Assembly (NCBI GenBank): GCA_032128875.1
Contig: JAVLKG010000007.1
Span: 1-64,000 of the forward strand
Length of the DNA stretch: 64,000 nt
Direction: 5' to 3'
Source of the DNA: Candidatus Melainabacteria bacterium 17Bon1m
Lineage (GTDB): Bacteria > Cyanobacteriota > Vampirovibrionia > Obscuribacterales > Obscuribacteraceae
Shown here: positions 10,952-19,564 of the stretch, one piece after another
How positions within the stretch are numbered: position 1 is the first letter of the stretch
How the letters are laid out: every line of letters begins with the position of its first letter
Position numbers and translations under genes: made by a program
The notes under the pieces: model-generated
Database searches by the model: none
What the model was told of the DNA's origin: nothing
Seen by the model: the letters and a program-made list of their open reading frames with translations, nothing else

Positions 10952-12068
10952 ATGATGCTGTCTGAGCTGAAAAGAGAAGTAGAACTGGCCGAGGAGCGCC
11001 TGGCGAAAGTCAGCGAATATCTTTGACTTAGAAAAGGTAGCAGCCGATCTAAAGAAGCTGCAGGAAGAAACTCTCGAGCCCGATTTCTGGAATGACAATC
11101 GTGCCGCCAAGGCTGTGACGCAAAAAATGGCACGCCTGGAAAATTCGATAAAGCAACACGAAAGCTGGACATCGCAAATAAGCGACTTGAAGGTTTTGAT
11201 ACAGCTCGGACTGGAAGAAGGCGAAGAGTCGCTGGCCAGCGAGGTCGCGCAAGGTCTCGATAGGTTGAACAAAGAGCTCGAGACCTACGAATTCACACGT
11301 TTGCTTTCGGGAGAATATGACGACTCGGCAGCAATCGTCACTATCAATGCGGGCGCAGGCGGCACGGATGCTCAGGACTGGGCGGAAATGCTTTTGAGAA
11401 TGTATCTTCGCTGGGCCCAACAAAGAGGATTTTCGACCGAGATCATTGACCAATCGGCCGGTGAAGAAGCAGGCATCAAGAGCGCCACAGTAAAAGTAGA
11501 AGGCCCTTACGCCTACGGATATCTGTCGTGCGAAAAAGGGGTTCATCGACTGGTTAGAAAGTCTCCGTTCAAACAAGGCTCTGATTCCAGGCAGACAAGC
11601 TTCGCTGCATTGGAGGTCAGTCCGATAATGAGCGACATCGATGCGCTAGTTGAGATCAAGGACGATGACATTGAGGTGGAAACAATGCGCTCAGGTGGCG
11701 CAGGTGGACAAAACGTCAACAAGGTCGAGAGTGCTGTTCGTATCGTGCACAAACCAACAGGTATTGCAGTTAAATGCCAGCAAGAACGCAGCCAGTTGCA
11801 AAACAAAGCGTTAGCGATGGAGTTGTTGCGCTCAAAACTTCTGGCTATCCGTCAGGCCGAGCGAGAAGAAGAACTGTCGAAATTGAAGGGCGATAATGTG
11901 CAAGCGACATTTGGAAACGCCATCAGATCGTACGTTCTAGACGACCGTATGGTGAAAGATGTGCGCACCAAATGTGAAACCACTAATGTGGAAAGCGTGC
12001 TGAACGGCAACCTCGATGAGTTCATCAACTCGTATCTGCGGATGAGAGCCGCTTTAAAATCCACTTGA
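10952..12068 (+). CDS. prfB: Peptide chain release factor 2 with programmed +1 frameshift
   Basis: ATG 10952 reads 24 codons to CTT-TGA-C (11021-11027); the +1 frame (GAC 11025) is continuous with ORF 11115-12068 carrying the SPF and GGQ motifs. Confidence 0.95.
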
Positions 12069-12776
12069 TAACCGAACTGCGCGACGCGATTTTTGTCTTT
12101 AAAAGTGTCGAGGAAGTGCCCGAATACAGGGAAGCCCTCTTTACAACCACAGTCCAGAAATCAGCACATTAAAACTGCCATCGAGAGCCGCGCTAATTGT
12201 TCGCGCTTGACATCAGCGCCTTGCAACCCTCACAGCCACCGGTCTCGAAAGCCGCGCGAGCCATTGCGGCAATCATTAAGAAAACCAAAACGAGCCACCA
12301 GGGCGGTTCTTAACGGCTACTCATCAAAAAACGCACCTTACAATGTACCCCAAAAATACCATGCCGAGGGGACTCTTTTCGGTCTAATGACAACTCGGGT
12401 TTTCCCCAGCAGTTCCTTTATCAACCGTTATCAAGTGGATAGGCGATTCGGATGAAAAGTGGACTGGTTAGCCTTTCCTTTAGCTTTTCAGTAGGCGCCC
12501 GTCTTCTTATAGATCTTTATTTGGTGGTTCCATCCTTATTTGATACGGTCGAATTATCGTTTTGCATCCATTCGCATATCCCTGGAGTCCCACCCACCAC
12601 CCGTCCATCCGTTTTCCATACAGGTTTCATTGGCTTAGTCCTCCCATCAGCGTGCCGCTGTGTTGTAGACCGTCTATCCAAATCAGCAGTTTTCACACGC
12701 TGTTGAAAGGATCGGCTTGATACCACCAGTGACACCTAGCAAGAGAGATGAGTCCGTGCTTACCAGGGTGTTCAAA

Positions 12777-13128
12777 GGCGAGGGAATGCAAGGCATCAGG
12801 TTGATGGTGTTGTTATAGATTCGCGCCGTTAGCAGGAGTTACACACACATCCTCTAATAGCGTCGGATTTCGAGCACGCCTCGCCCGGTCAAAAATTGCC
12901 AGTCACAGCAACGCCCCTCAGTCGTTGCGTATATGAGTGCGAGTCAACCAGAAAACTGCTCTGCAGTTCGCGAATTGCTTCGGCAGTTTGTTGGTTGACT
13001 CGCAATCTATTGATTGGCGATTCCGACCTGACGGCCAGTTTCGCTTGAGGCGAGGCTGACATCAACCATCAATCAGAAGCCATAGGGCCTGCGGCAAAAA
13101 CCGCATCCTCCTATTGGGCTGAATTCTG
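12777..13128 (+). ncRNA. Candidate large structured RNA / 5' leader of the prkA operon
   Basis: Four consecutive stem domains, including perfect 13-bp 12938-12950/12992-13004 and 12-bp 12894-12905/13011-13022; G.U pairs favour the + strand; no ORF in the track. Confidence 0.55.
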
Positions 13129-13203
13129 TCGACCTCAATTCGGCGTACGCCTCAGAACAGTTTGAGAACGCGCGCCAACTATCCGTGTGAAGGAGGTAAG
13201 GGC

Positions 13204-15492
13204 ATGTCCCAACATGAGCTAACAAATCTGCTGAAGCTCACTCCTCTGACTGACCCTCCGCTCAATTACGCCGAGTTCCTCCTGGAGCTCAAGGATCACC
13301 TGGAACGTGCGGACACTGCGCCCGCACTCATCCTGCGTTCGATCAAGGCGATGGGCGAGGAGAAGATCGAGGATGAGCAGGACCCCGAGCGGCGTCAGTT
13401 TCTGATGACGCTGAAGGACGTGGGTATCCCGTCCCTGCTCGCGTTCAAGCATGTGTGCGGTAGCCAGCGCTTCGCACTCAGCATGCTGAACTTTCTCGCC
13501 GCGGCCGCAGGCAACGGCGCGCAGCTCAAGAAGATGATGATCGTCGAAGGTGGCCCCGGTGCGGGCAAAGACTTCTTCGGCGACGGCATCGAGCGCGCGC
13601 TGGAACTTGGCGCCAAGGTGTATGCGGTAAAGGGATGTCCCGACCACGAGAACCCCATCAACTTGCTCAAGTTGCTTGACGACAAGCAGCTGAAGCAGTT
13701 GGCTGAGGTGACCGGGCTGGGCAACACTCTTTTCGACATCCTGGCGGTCGCCGGCGATCCGTGCCAGCACTGCTACACGAACGTGAAGGGTACCCTCGCG
13801 GAACCCAAAAAGGAGCCGTCCCTCGAGTGCATCGAGGTGGAGGCCATTCACGTTTCGAAGCGCTCGGCCGGTGTTTCCGAATGGAAGCCCGGTGAGAACT
13901 GCTCGCTTATCGCGGCTCTGCGTCGCGGTAACCGCGGTTTCATTTCGCTTCCGGATGCGTTCATCAAGCGTGAACTGAAGCCGGGCGAAGCCGACGAGCG
14001 CCTCATCCTGCTGGACGCTACGCAGTATCGCCGCCTGCCGGCAGCCAGCGATGGTTGCTCGGACGCCGCCGCGGCATCGCCGCTGGATGCGTTCATCATG
14101 GCGACGACCAACGCGAAGGCGTTGTCGGAATTCCTCAATACGCTGCCGGACAAGGACGCGTTCACCGGTCGCTCGACCCTTCTCAAGTTCCCGTACAACC
14201 TCGTCCGCGTGGAAGAGGTGCGTGCGTACTTGCAGGAGATGTCGCGCTACAAGGTGACTGCCAAGTTCGACCCGCTCGCCTTGAAGATGATTGCGACCCT
14301 CGCAGTCATCAGCCGCTACGCGGTGCCCAAGGAGGGTGAGCCGTTCGTCCATCCGGTCGACCGCCTGCGATTGCTCCAGGGCGAAACCATTCAGGTGAAG
14401 CCTCGCGCCGGATCCGAGTGGTCCAGCGTCTGGGCGACGGAGAGCGGCAGCCGCAGCTCGAGCAGCTACGATGATCGCTTCGGCGGTTACGGCAGCAGCA
14501 AGCCCGCGGCGACGGCCAGCACCAACAACTACGGTCCGGAGGCCATGGCCATCCCGACCGACATGGCGATCACGTCTGGCCTGATGTGGCGCCTCATCGG
14601 CAAGGATGAGGGTCTGCAGGGTCTGGACATGCGCTTCATGCTCGGCTTGCTCAGCCAGGTCAACGAGATCGGGCTCAAGTCGAAGCACAAGTGCGTCAGT
14701 GCGCTGGATGCCATCGCGCTCCTGCGTGCTGCGATCCAGAACAGTCTCTCGACGTCCAACCTGACGGACGCTCAGAAGGCCGTCCTCAAGCGCTGCCAGA
14801 AGTGGCTGGGCGGTGAAGTCACCACCACCAACGACTGGAACAAGAGCGCGACCGACCGTCCCGAAGTCATCGAGGCGGAGTATCGCCGTCTGCTCAAGCA
14901 GCAGATTCTTCAGGTCTTCTGTGCGGACTACGCCGCGCAGGCCCAGGGTCTCTACGACGCTTACCGCGCTCACGCATCCGCGTTTGCGCAGGGCGACAAG
15001 GAAGCCAGGGTGAAGGGCGTCGGTAAGGTGCCGGTGAACACCAGCATCCTCGACGAACTGGACCGCTACCGTCTGAACAAGCGGCCGGGCGACTGGCTGA
15101 CCGAAGACGAGAAGAAGTTCCGTGGCGCTCTCGAGACGCTTCTCGACGAGGCTCGCGAAAAGTTCATTCAGGACAACCTCCCGAAGAACGCCGGCGAGCT
15201 GAAGGAAGAGGAGCTGCGCGAGCAGCGTATCGAAATCATCAAGCGTTTCGTCGAGAGCTGGGAGACCATCCCGGAACTCGCCAACGCAATCCGCGCGAAG
15301 CTCGATGAAAAGGTCGGTAAGGCAGTCGAGAAGCTGCTGACGACTGAGGTCACTTCCGACCTCACCGACATCGAACAGGAACAGCTCGCGAAGGCGAAGC
15401 AGACCATGACCGACATGGGGTACTGCGAAGCTCTTCAGAAGCCCGTTCTCGAATACGCGAAGCGTGTCAAAGTCTGGGCCTTCAAGGCCTAA
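13204..15492 (+). CDS. prkA: PrkA/YeaG-family AAA+ protein, copy 1 (degenerate Walker motifs)
   Basis: AGGAGG RBS; GGPGAGKD, CPDHENP, RGNRG, FPYNL, EGLQGLDMRF match the PrkA architecture. Confidence 0.75.
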   Translation: MSQHELTNLLKLTPLTDPPLNYAEFLLELKDHLERADTAPALILRSIKAMGEEKIEDEQDPERRQFLMTLKDVGIPSLLAFKHVCGSQRFALSMLNFLAAAAGNGAQLKKMMIVEGGPGAGKDFFGDGIERALELGAKVYAVKGCPDHENPINLLKLLDDKQLKQLAEVTGLGNTLFDILAVAGDPCQHCYTNVKGTLAEPKKEPSLECIEVEAIHVSKRSAGVSEWKPGENCSLIAALRRGNRGFISLPDAFIKRELKPGEADERLILLDATQYRRLPAASDGCSDAAAASPLDAFIMATTNAKALSEFLNTLPDKDAFTGRSTLLKFPYNLVRVEEVRAYLQEMSRYKVTAKFDPLALKMIATLAVISRYAVPKEGEPFVHPVDRLRLLQGETIQVKPRAGSEWSSVWATESGSRSSSSYDDRFGGYGSSKPAATASTNNYGPEAMAIPTDMAITSGLMWRLIGKDEGLQGLDMRFMLGLLSQVNEIGLKSKHKCVSALDAIALLRAAIQNSLSTSNLTDAQKAVLKRCQKWLGGEVTTTNDWNKSATDRPEVIEAEYRRLLKQQILQVFCADYAAQAQGLYDAYRAHASAFAQGDKEARVKGVGKVPVNTSILDELDRYRLNKRPGDWLTEDEKKFRGALETLLDEAREKFIQDNLPKNAGELKEEELREQRIEIIKRFVESWETIPELANAIRAKLDEKVGKAVEKLLTTEVTSDLTDIEQEQLAKAKQTMTDMGYCEALQKPVLEYAKRVKVWAFKA

Positions 15493-15516
15493 TTCCTCAG
15501 ATAAGGAGTCTGCACA

Positions 15517-17901
15517 ATGAATACGAACCTGCAGTTCACAAGCGAGACGCATCCCCAGCTCTGGTTGCCGGAGGATCCGTTCCCGTACTCGTTCAACGGC
15601 CTGAAGAACACCCTGAAGGACTTCCTCAAGGTCGTGCGCGCGAACCCGGCTTACGTGGAGACCACGCACGCCGCGTTCTATCGCCTCAACATCCGCGAAG
15701 GTCTCGACACCAGCCGCAGCGAAGCTCTGCTCCGCATGACCGGCAAGGAGATCCCCGGCTACAAGACCGCCTCCAAGTTCTACGGCGTGGAAGAGGCTGT
15801 TCACGAGATCGTGAACGGCTACGGCTTCCAGGCGGCTCAGGGTGGTCGTACCCGTCGTAAGGCGCTCACCGTCACTGGTGCGCCCGGCGCCGGCAAGTCC
15901 GACCTGACCAACCACTTCCAGTACAAGATCATGCGCAACCGTGAGCCGATCCCCTTCCTGGGCGGCTCGGACATGTGGGCGAACCCGCTGGGTGCGCTCT
16001 ACTTGATCAAGCTGGTCGCGCAGAAGAAGACGCAGCGCCGCAAGGACGCCACGCTGAAGGAGATCGAGCGCATCATCGGCTCGCTCGACTTCACCGGCAC
16101 CGCGGAGCTGGACTTCGACACGCCGGAAGTGCGCGCCATCCTGAAGAAGCACGACGTGTCGAGCGACAAGCCGACCGACGCCGAGCTGGCTCAGATCCTC
16201 TACGCCAACGACAAGGACTTCGTGGCCATCGTCTGCTTCGGCCTGGGCCTGCCCCAGCCGACGTTCGAAGCGCTCGTCATGCCGGATCCGAAGGCGCAGG
16301 ACGTGGTTCTCGGCGAGTTCGCCGGCGCCGCGTTCGTCAACCGTGACGTGCTCGCCGCGTCCGAAGTGAAGACCGCGTCCGGCAAGCCGGCCACCGAGGT
16401 CAAGGGCAAGAAGCGCGGCGACGCGAAGTACGCTCAGTACGACGCCGACTGCGCCATCGAGCTGGCGGACTTCCCGCTGGACAACATGTTCATGTCCGAA
16501 GGTCAGGGCATGGTGGACGTTGCCGAAGTGCAGCCCATCAACTTCGACCTGAAGGTGTGGCGTGGTGACACCGACATCGCGTCGCTCGGCCTGTACGACG
16601 ACCGCGACCCGCGTGGTGTCTCGCTCTCGGGCGTGTTCAACAAGGGCAAGTTCATCGTCCTGACGGAAGGCTTCCGTAACCCGGACGAGGCGTTCCGTAT
16701 CCTGCTCGAGGGTCTGGAAGGTCAGCGTCTGTCGCTGCCCGAGCCGCTCTCCAACTTCCACCAGCAGGGTGTGGGTTGGGAAGGCATGATCCTCATCCAC
16801 TCGAACGACGAGCAGTGGAACAAGTTCTGGTCGAACCCGGCGCACCGTGCGCACAACGACCGTCTGTTCTGGGTGTCGTTCAAGTACCCGCTCGAGCCGG
16901 AGCAGGCTGCCGCCGTCACCGAGAAGCTGTACAGCTCCTCGCAGTTCGGCAAGCCGACGGCGCGCGGTGGCGTTCACCGTGAGCCCCTGATGAAGTCGTA
17001 CATCGGCATGTTCCGCGTGGCGACCCACATCGACTGGCCGAGCAAGGGCAACCTGCCCTTCAACGCGGTGCTCAAGGCGTACTCCGGCGAGGTCGTTCGC
17101 GACTCCGGCATGGGTACCGAACTCGAGCTGCGTGCCCTTCGCGAGAAGGCGCCGTGGACCGAGGGCCTCGAGGGCATGTCGCCTCGCGAGATGGACACCA
17201 TCCTCGGTGAGCTCGCCTCCCAGGCGCGCAACGAGTTCGAGTCGGGCCATCGCTCGTCTCCGGGCTTCACCGTCGCCGAGCTGCGCGATCACATGATCGA
17301 CAAGTTCCGCAAGGATCCGCGTCTCGAGCAGAAGAAGAAGGAGCAGTGGATCAACTGGCTCCAGGGCCCCATGGAGAAGGCGCGTCGCGTCGAGCTGAGC
17401 AAGGTCTACAAGGCCGCGTTCATCCCGAACTTCGCCGACTCCTGCCAGCAGTTCTTCCGCAAGTACCAGGACTACCTGAAGGCGATCAACCTCGGGTCGA
17501 CCCGCAAGGGCTACTCTGGTTCGAGCTACATGAACCAGGCGGACATGGAGCGGTTCCTGCAGGAGATCGAACGGGCTGACAGCCTGCAGATCAACTCCGC
17601 GCAGGCCGACAAGTTCCGTACCAACGTCCTGGTGGCCATCCGCGCGTACAACGAGGAGCACGGCACGTCCGAGCCCCCGTACACCGTGCACGACGGCCTG
17701 AAGCGCTGCATCGAGGCCTACGTGCTGCGTCAGGCGAAGGACTTCACCGGCGTGATCGGTATGTCCTCGCTGTCCGAGGACGAGAAGAAGCGTCTCGATG
17801 GCGCCAAGGCTCGTCTGATCAAGGAGCACGGGTACGACGAGTACACCGCCGAGAAGCTCCTGGTCGAAGTGGCGCTCACCCGCGACTTCCTCGTCGCCTA
17901 A
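15517..17901 (+). CDS. prkA: PrkA/YeaG-family AAA+ protein, copy 2
   Basis: FYGVEE, GAPGAGKS, DPRGVSLSG, HSNDEQW, EGLEGMSPRE and C-terminal HGYDEYTA are typical of PrkA. Confidence 0.82.
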   Translation: MNTNLQFTSETHPQLWLPEDPFPYSFNGLKNTLKDFLKVVRANPAYVETTHAAFYRLNIREGLDTSRSEALLRMTGKEIPGYKTASKFYGVEEAVHEIVNGYGFQAAQGGRTRRKALTVTGAPGAGKSDLTNHFQYKIMRNREPIPFLGGSDMWANPLGALYLIKLVAQKKTQRRKDATLKEIERIIGSLDFTGTAELDFDTPEVRAILKKHDVSSDKPTDAELAQILYANDKDFVAIVCFGLGLPQPTFEALVMPDPKAQDVVLGEFAGAAFVNRDVLAASEVKTASGKPATEVKGKKRGDAKYAQYDADCAIELADFPLDNMFMSEGQGMVDVAEVQPINFDLKVWRGDTDIASLGLYDDRDPRGVSLSGVFNKGKFIVLTEGFRNPDEAFRILLEGLEGQRLSLPEPLSNFHQQGVGWEGMILIHSNDEQWNKFWSNPAHRAHNDRLFWVSFKYPLEPEQAAAVTEKLYSSSQFGKPTARGGVHREPLMKSYIGMFRVATHIDWPSKGNLPFNAVLKAYSGEVVRDSGMGTELELRALREKAPWTEGLEGMSPREMDTILGELASQARNEFESGHRSSPGFTVAELRDHMIDKFRKDPRLEQKKKEQWINWLQGPMEKARRVELSKVYKAAFIPNFADSCQQFFRKYQDYLKAINLGSTRKGYSGSSYMNQADMERFLQEIERADSLQINSAQADKFRTNVLVAIRAYNEEHGTSEPPYTVHDGLKRCIEAYVLRQAKDFTGVIGMSSLSEDEKKRLDGAKARLIKEHGYDEYTAEKLLVEVALTRDFLVA

Positions 17902-17986
17902 ACGTCGTGACCTAGTCTGACTGGTCATGATGTGAAAGCTGGGGCGTGACGCGAAAGCGTTGCTCCGGCTTTTGGCAATTAGCTTG

Positions 17987-18050
17987 AGAAACGGCAGGCA
18001 CCGGATTTGGTGGCAACACCAGACACCGGACCTGCCGTTTTTCTTCTTTT
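17987..18050 (+). terminator. Terminator-like hairpin between prkA2 and yeaH
   Basis: AAACGGCAGG/CCTGCCGTTT stem with inner GCAA-capped hairpin and a U-rich tail. Confidence 0.55.
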
Positions 18051-18114
18051 CCATCTAATCATGACAAGCTCAGGCAAGTCCTGTGCCAAGTCCAAATGAG
18101 ACTGGAGGTCAAAT

Positions 18115-19548
18115 ATGAACCGCGATGACATCAACAAGAGTCAGGACGGCGCAGAGGAGACTACCCCCGGCACGGGTGTGGTTAATCACGACGCGGCAGC
18201 CGAGAAGGCTCTCAGCGAGTGGGAGACCCAAATGCTGCGAGTACTCAACGGCGACGTTGACGTACCCGAGCGTACCCGTCCGTCGGTGGTCCTCCCGAGG
18301 CCGCCCTACTTCGACCGCACAATCACCGACCGCTGGCGCTTCATGGAACGCGCCAAGCCGAAGATCACCAAAGACGTTCTGAAGCAGATCATCCGCGGCA
18401 AGAGCGGTGTGTTCAACGAGACGTTCGGTGGCAAGTCCACCTCGACGCTCGCGCACATCTTCCTCACGCATGCGATGTTCCGTGACTGCGAAGTCGCGCG
18501 CGGACTGAACGACATCGTCTATGTTCCGGCCAAGGTGCTCGATTCGGGCTTCCTGGCTGGCGGCGATATCGAGGTGCCGATCGGCGTCGACGAACCGAGC
18601 TGGTGGCCCGGTCGCGACAAGGCTGGTGGCGGTGGCGGTGGCAACGAAGCCGGCGAAGATGACGCCGACATCGTCTACATGCCGATCACCTATGAGGAGT
18701 TCCTGGAACTTCTTTCCCTCCTGTTCGATCTGCCGTTCCTGAAGCAGACCGACATGGACAAGATGCTGGTGCAGACCATCAAGATGCGTGGTCTGAAGCG
18801 CACCGGTCCGTCTGTCCGCATGGACAAGAAGGCGACCGCGATCGCGCGTCTCGAGCGCTTCCGCGCCACCCGCAACTCGCGTCCCGACGAGTTCCCCGAC
18901 CTCGACGCCGAGGCCAACCCGACCGTGGAGCAGTTCCCCTTCCACAAGGTGGACCTGCGCTACAAGCGCATCGAAGAGCGTTGGGATCCGGACTCCAAGG
19001 CGGTCGTTTTCTTCGAGCTGGACACCTCCGGCTCGATGAGTGGTGAACCGCTGGCGATGGCCAAGTTCTACTTTCTGCTCAACCTCATCTGGCTGCGCAC
19101 CAAGTACAACGAAGTCAAAGTCGTGTACATCGCTCACAACCACCGCGCCGAGCGCATCCGCAACGAAGCGGACTTCTTCAAGACCGACGTCAACGGCGGC
19201 ACCGGCTTCGCCTGTGCTCACGAGTTGGTCTGGGAGATCATGAACATCGAATTCCCGGGCGACGGCTGGAACAAGTACTGCTTGCACGCGACCGACGGTT
19301 TCGGCGAGCACGAAAGCCAGATCACCCCGTGGATCGAGAAGCTGGTTCGAGGCGGCTTCAACTATTTCGGCTATCTCGAAGTTGACCTCGGTTGGGGCGG
19401 CTTCGGTGGCTGGGAGACGTCAGGCATGAAGGCCGTGAAGCAGACCGCTCCGGACGTCCGTGAGCACTGCGGCTGGTCCCGTGTCGCATCCCTCGATGAA
19501 ATCCCCGCGGCCATGAAGCAAATCATGACCAAGGATAAGACCGCCTAA
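18115..19548 (+). CDS. yeaH: YeaH/YhbH (DUF444) vWA-domain protein
   Basis: Gly-rich GGGGGGNEAGE segment, FDLPFLK, DLRYKR, MIDAS DTSGSM, GGT and TDG; follows prkA. Confidence 0.85.
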   Translation: MNRDDINKSQDGAEETTPGTGVVNHDAAAEKALSEWETQMLRVLNGDVDVPERTRPSVVLPRPPYFDRTITDRWRFMERAKPKITKDVLKQIIRGKSGVFNETFGGKSTSTLAHIFLTHAMFRDCEVARGLNDIVYVPAKVLDSGFLAGGDIEVPIGVDEPSWWPGRDKAGGGGGGNEAGEDDADIVYMPITYEEFLELLSLLFDLPFLKQTDMDKMLVQTIKMRGLKRTGPSVRMDKKATAIARLERFRATRNSRPDEFPDLDAEANPTVEQFPFHKVDLRYKRIEERWDPDSKAVVFFELDTSGSMSGEPLAMAKFYFLLNLIWLRTKYNEVKVVYIAHNHRAERIRNEADFFKTDVNGGTGFACAHELVWEIMNIEFPGDGWNKYCLHATDGFGEHESQITPWIEKLVRGGFNYFGYLEVDLGWGGFGGWETSGMKAVKQTAPDVREHCGWSRVASLDEIPAAMKQIMTKDKTA

Positions 19549-19564
19549 CTAAGGAGGATTTGAT

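Noticed and set aside
12093-12735. Short ORFs downstream of prfB
   Set aside because: No convincing RBS, motifs or codon bias; treated as non-coding.
15490-15519. Stop-codon readthrough fusing the two in-frame prkA genes
   Set aside because: There are two in-frame TAA codons in the junction, and prkA2 has its own AAGGAG RBS.
13219-18054. 1611-aa minus-strand ORF and similar long antisense ORFs (19577-21553, 34733-36463, 38143-39717 etc.)
   Set aside because: They mirror well-supported genes codon for codon and arise because the sense genes avoid TTA/CTA/TCA; no recognisable motifs.
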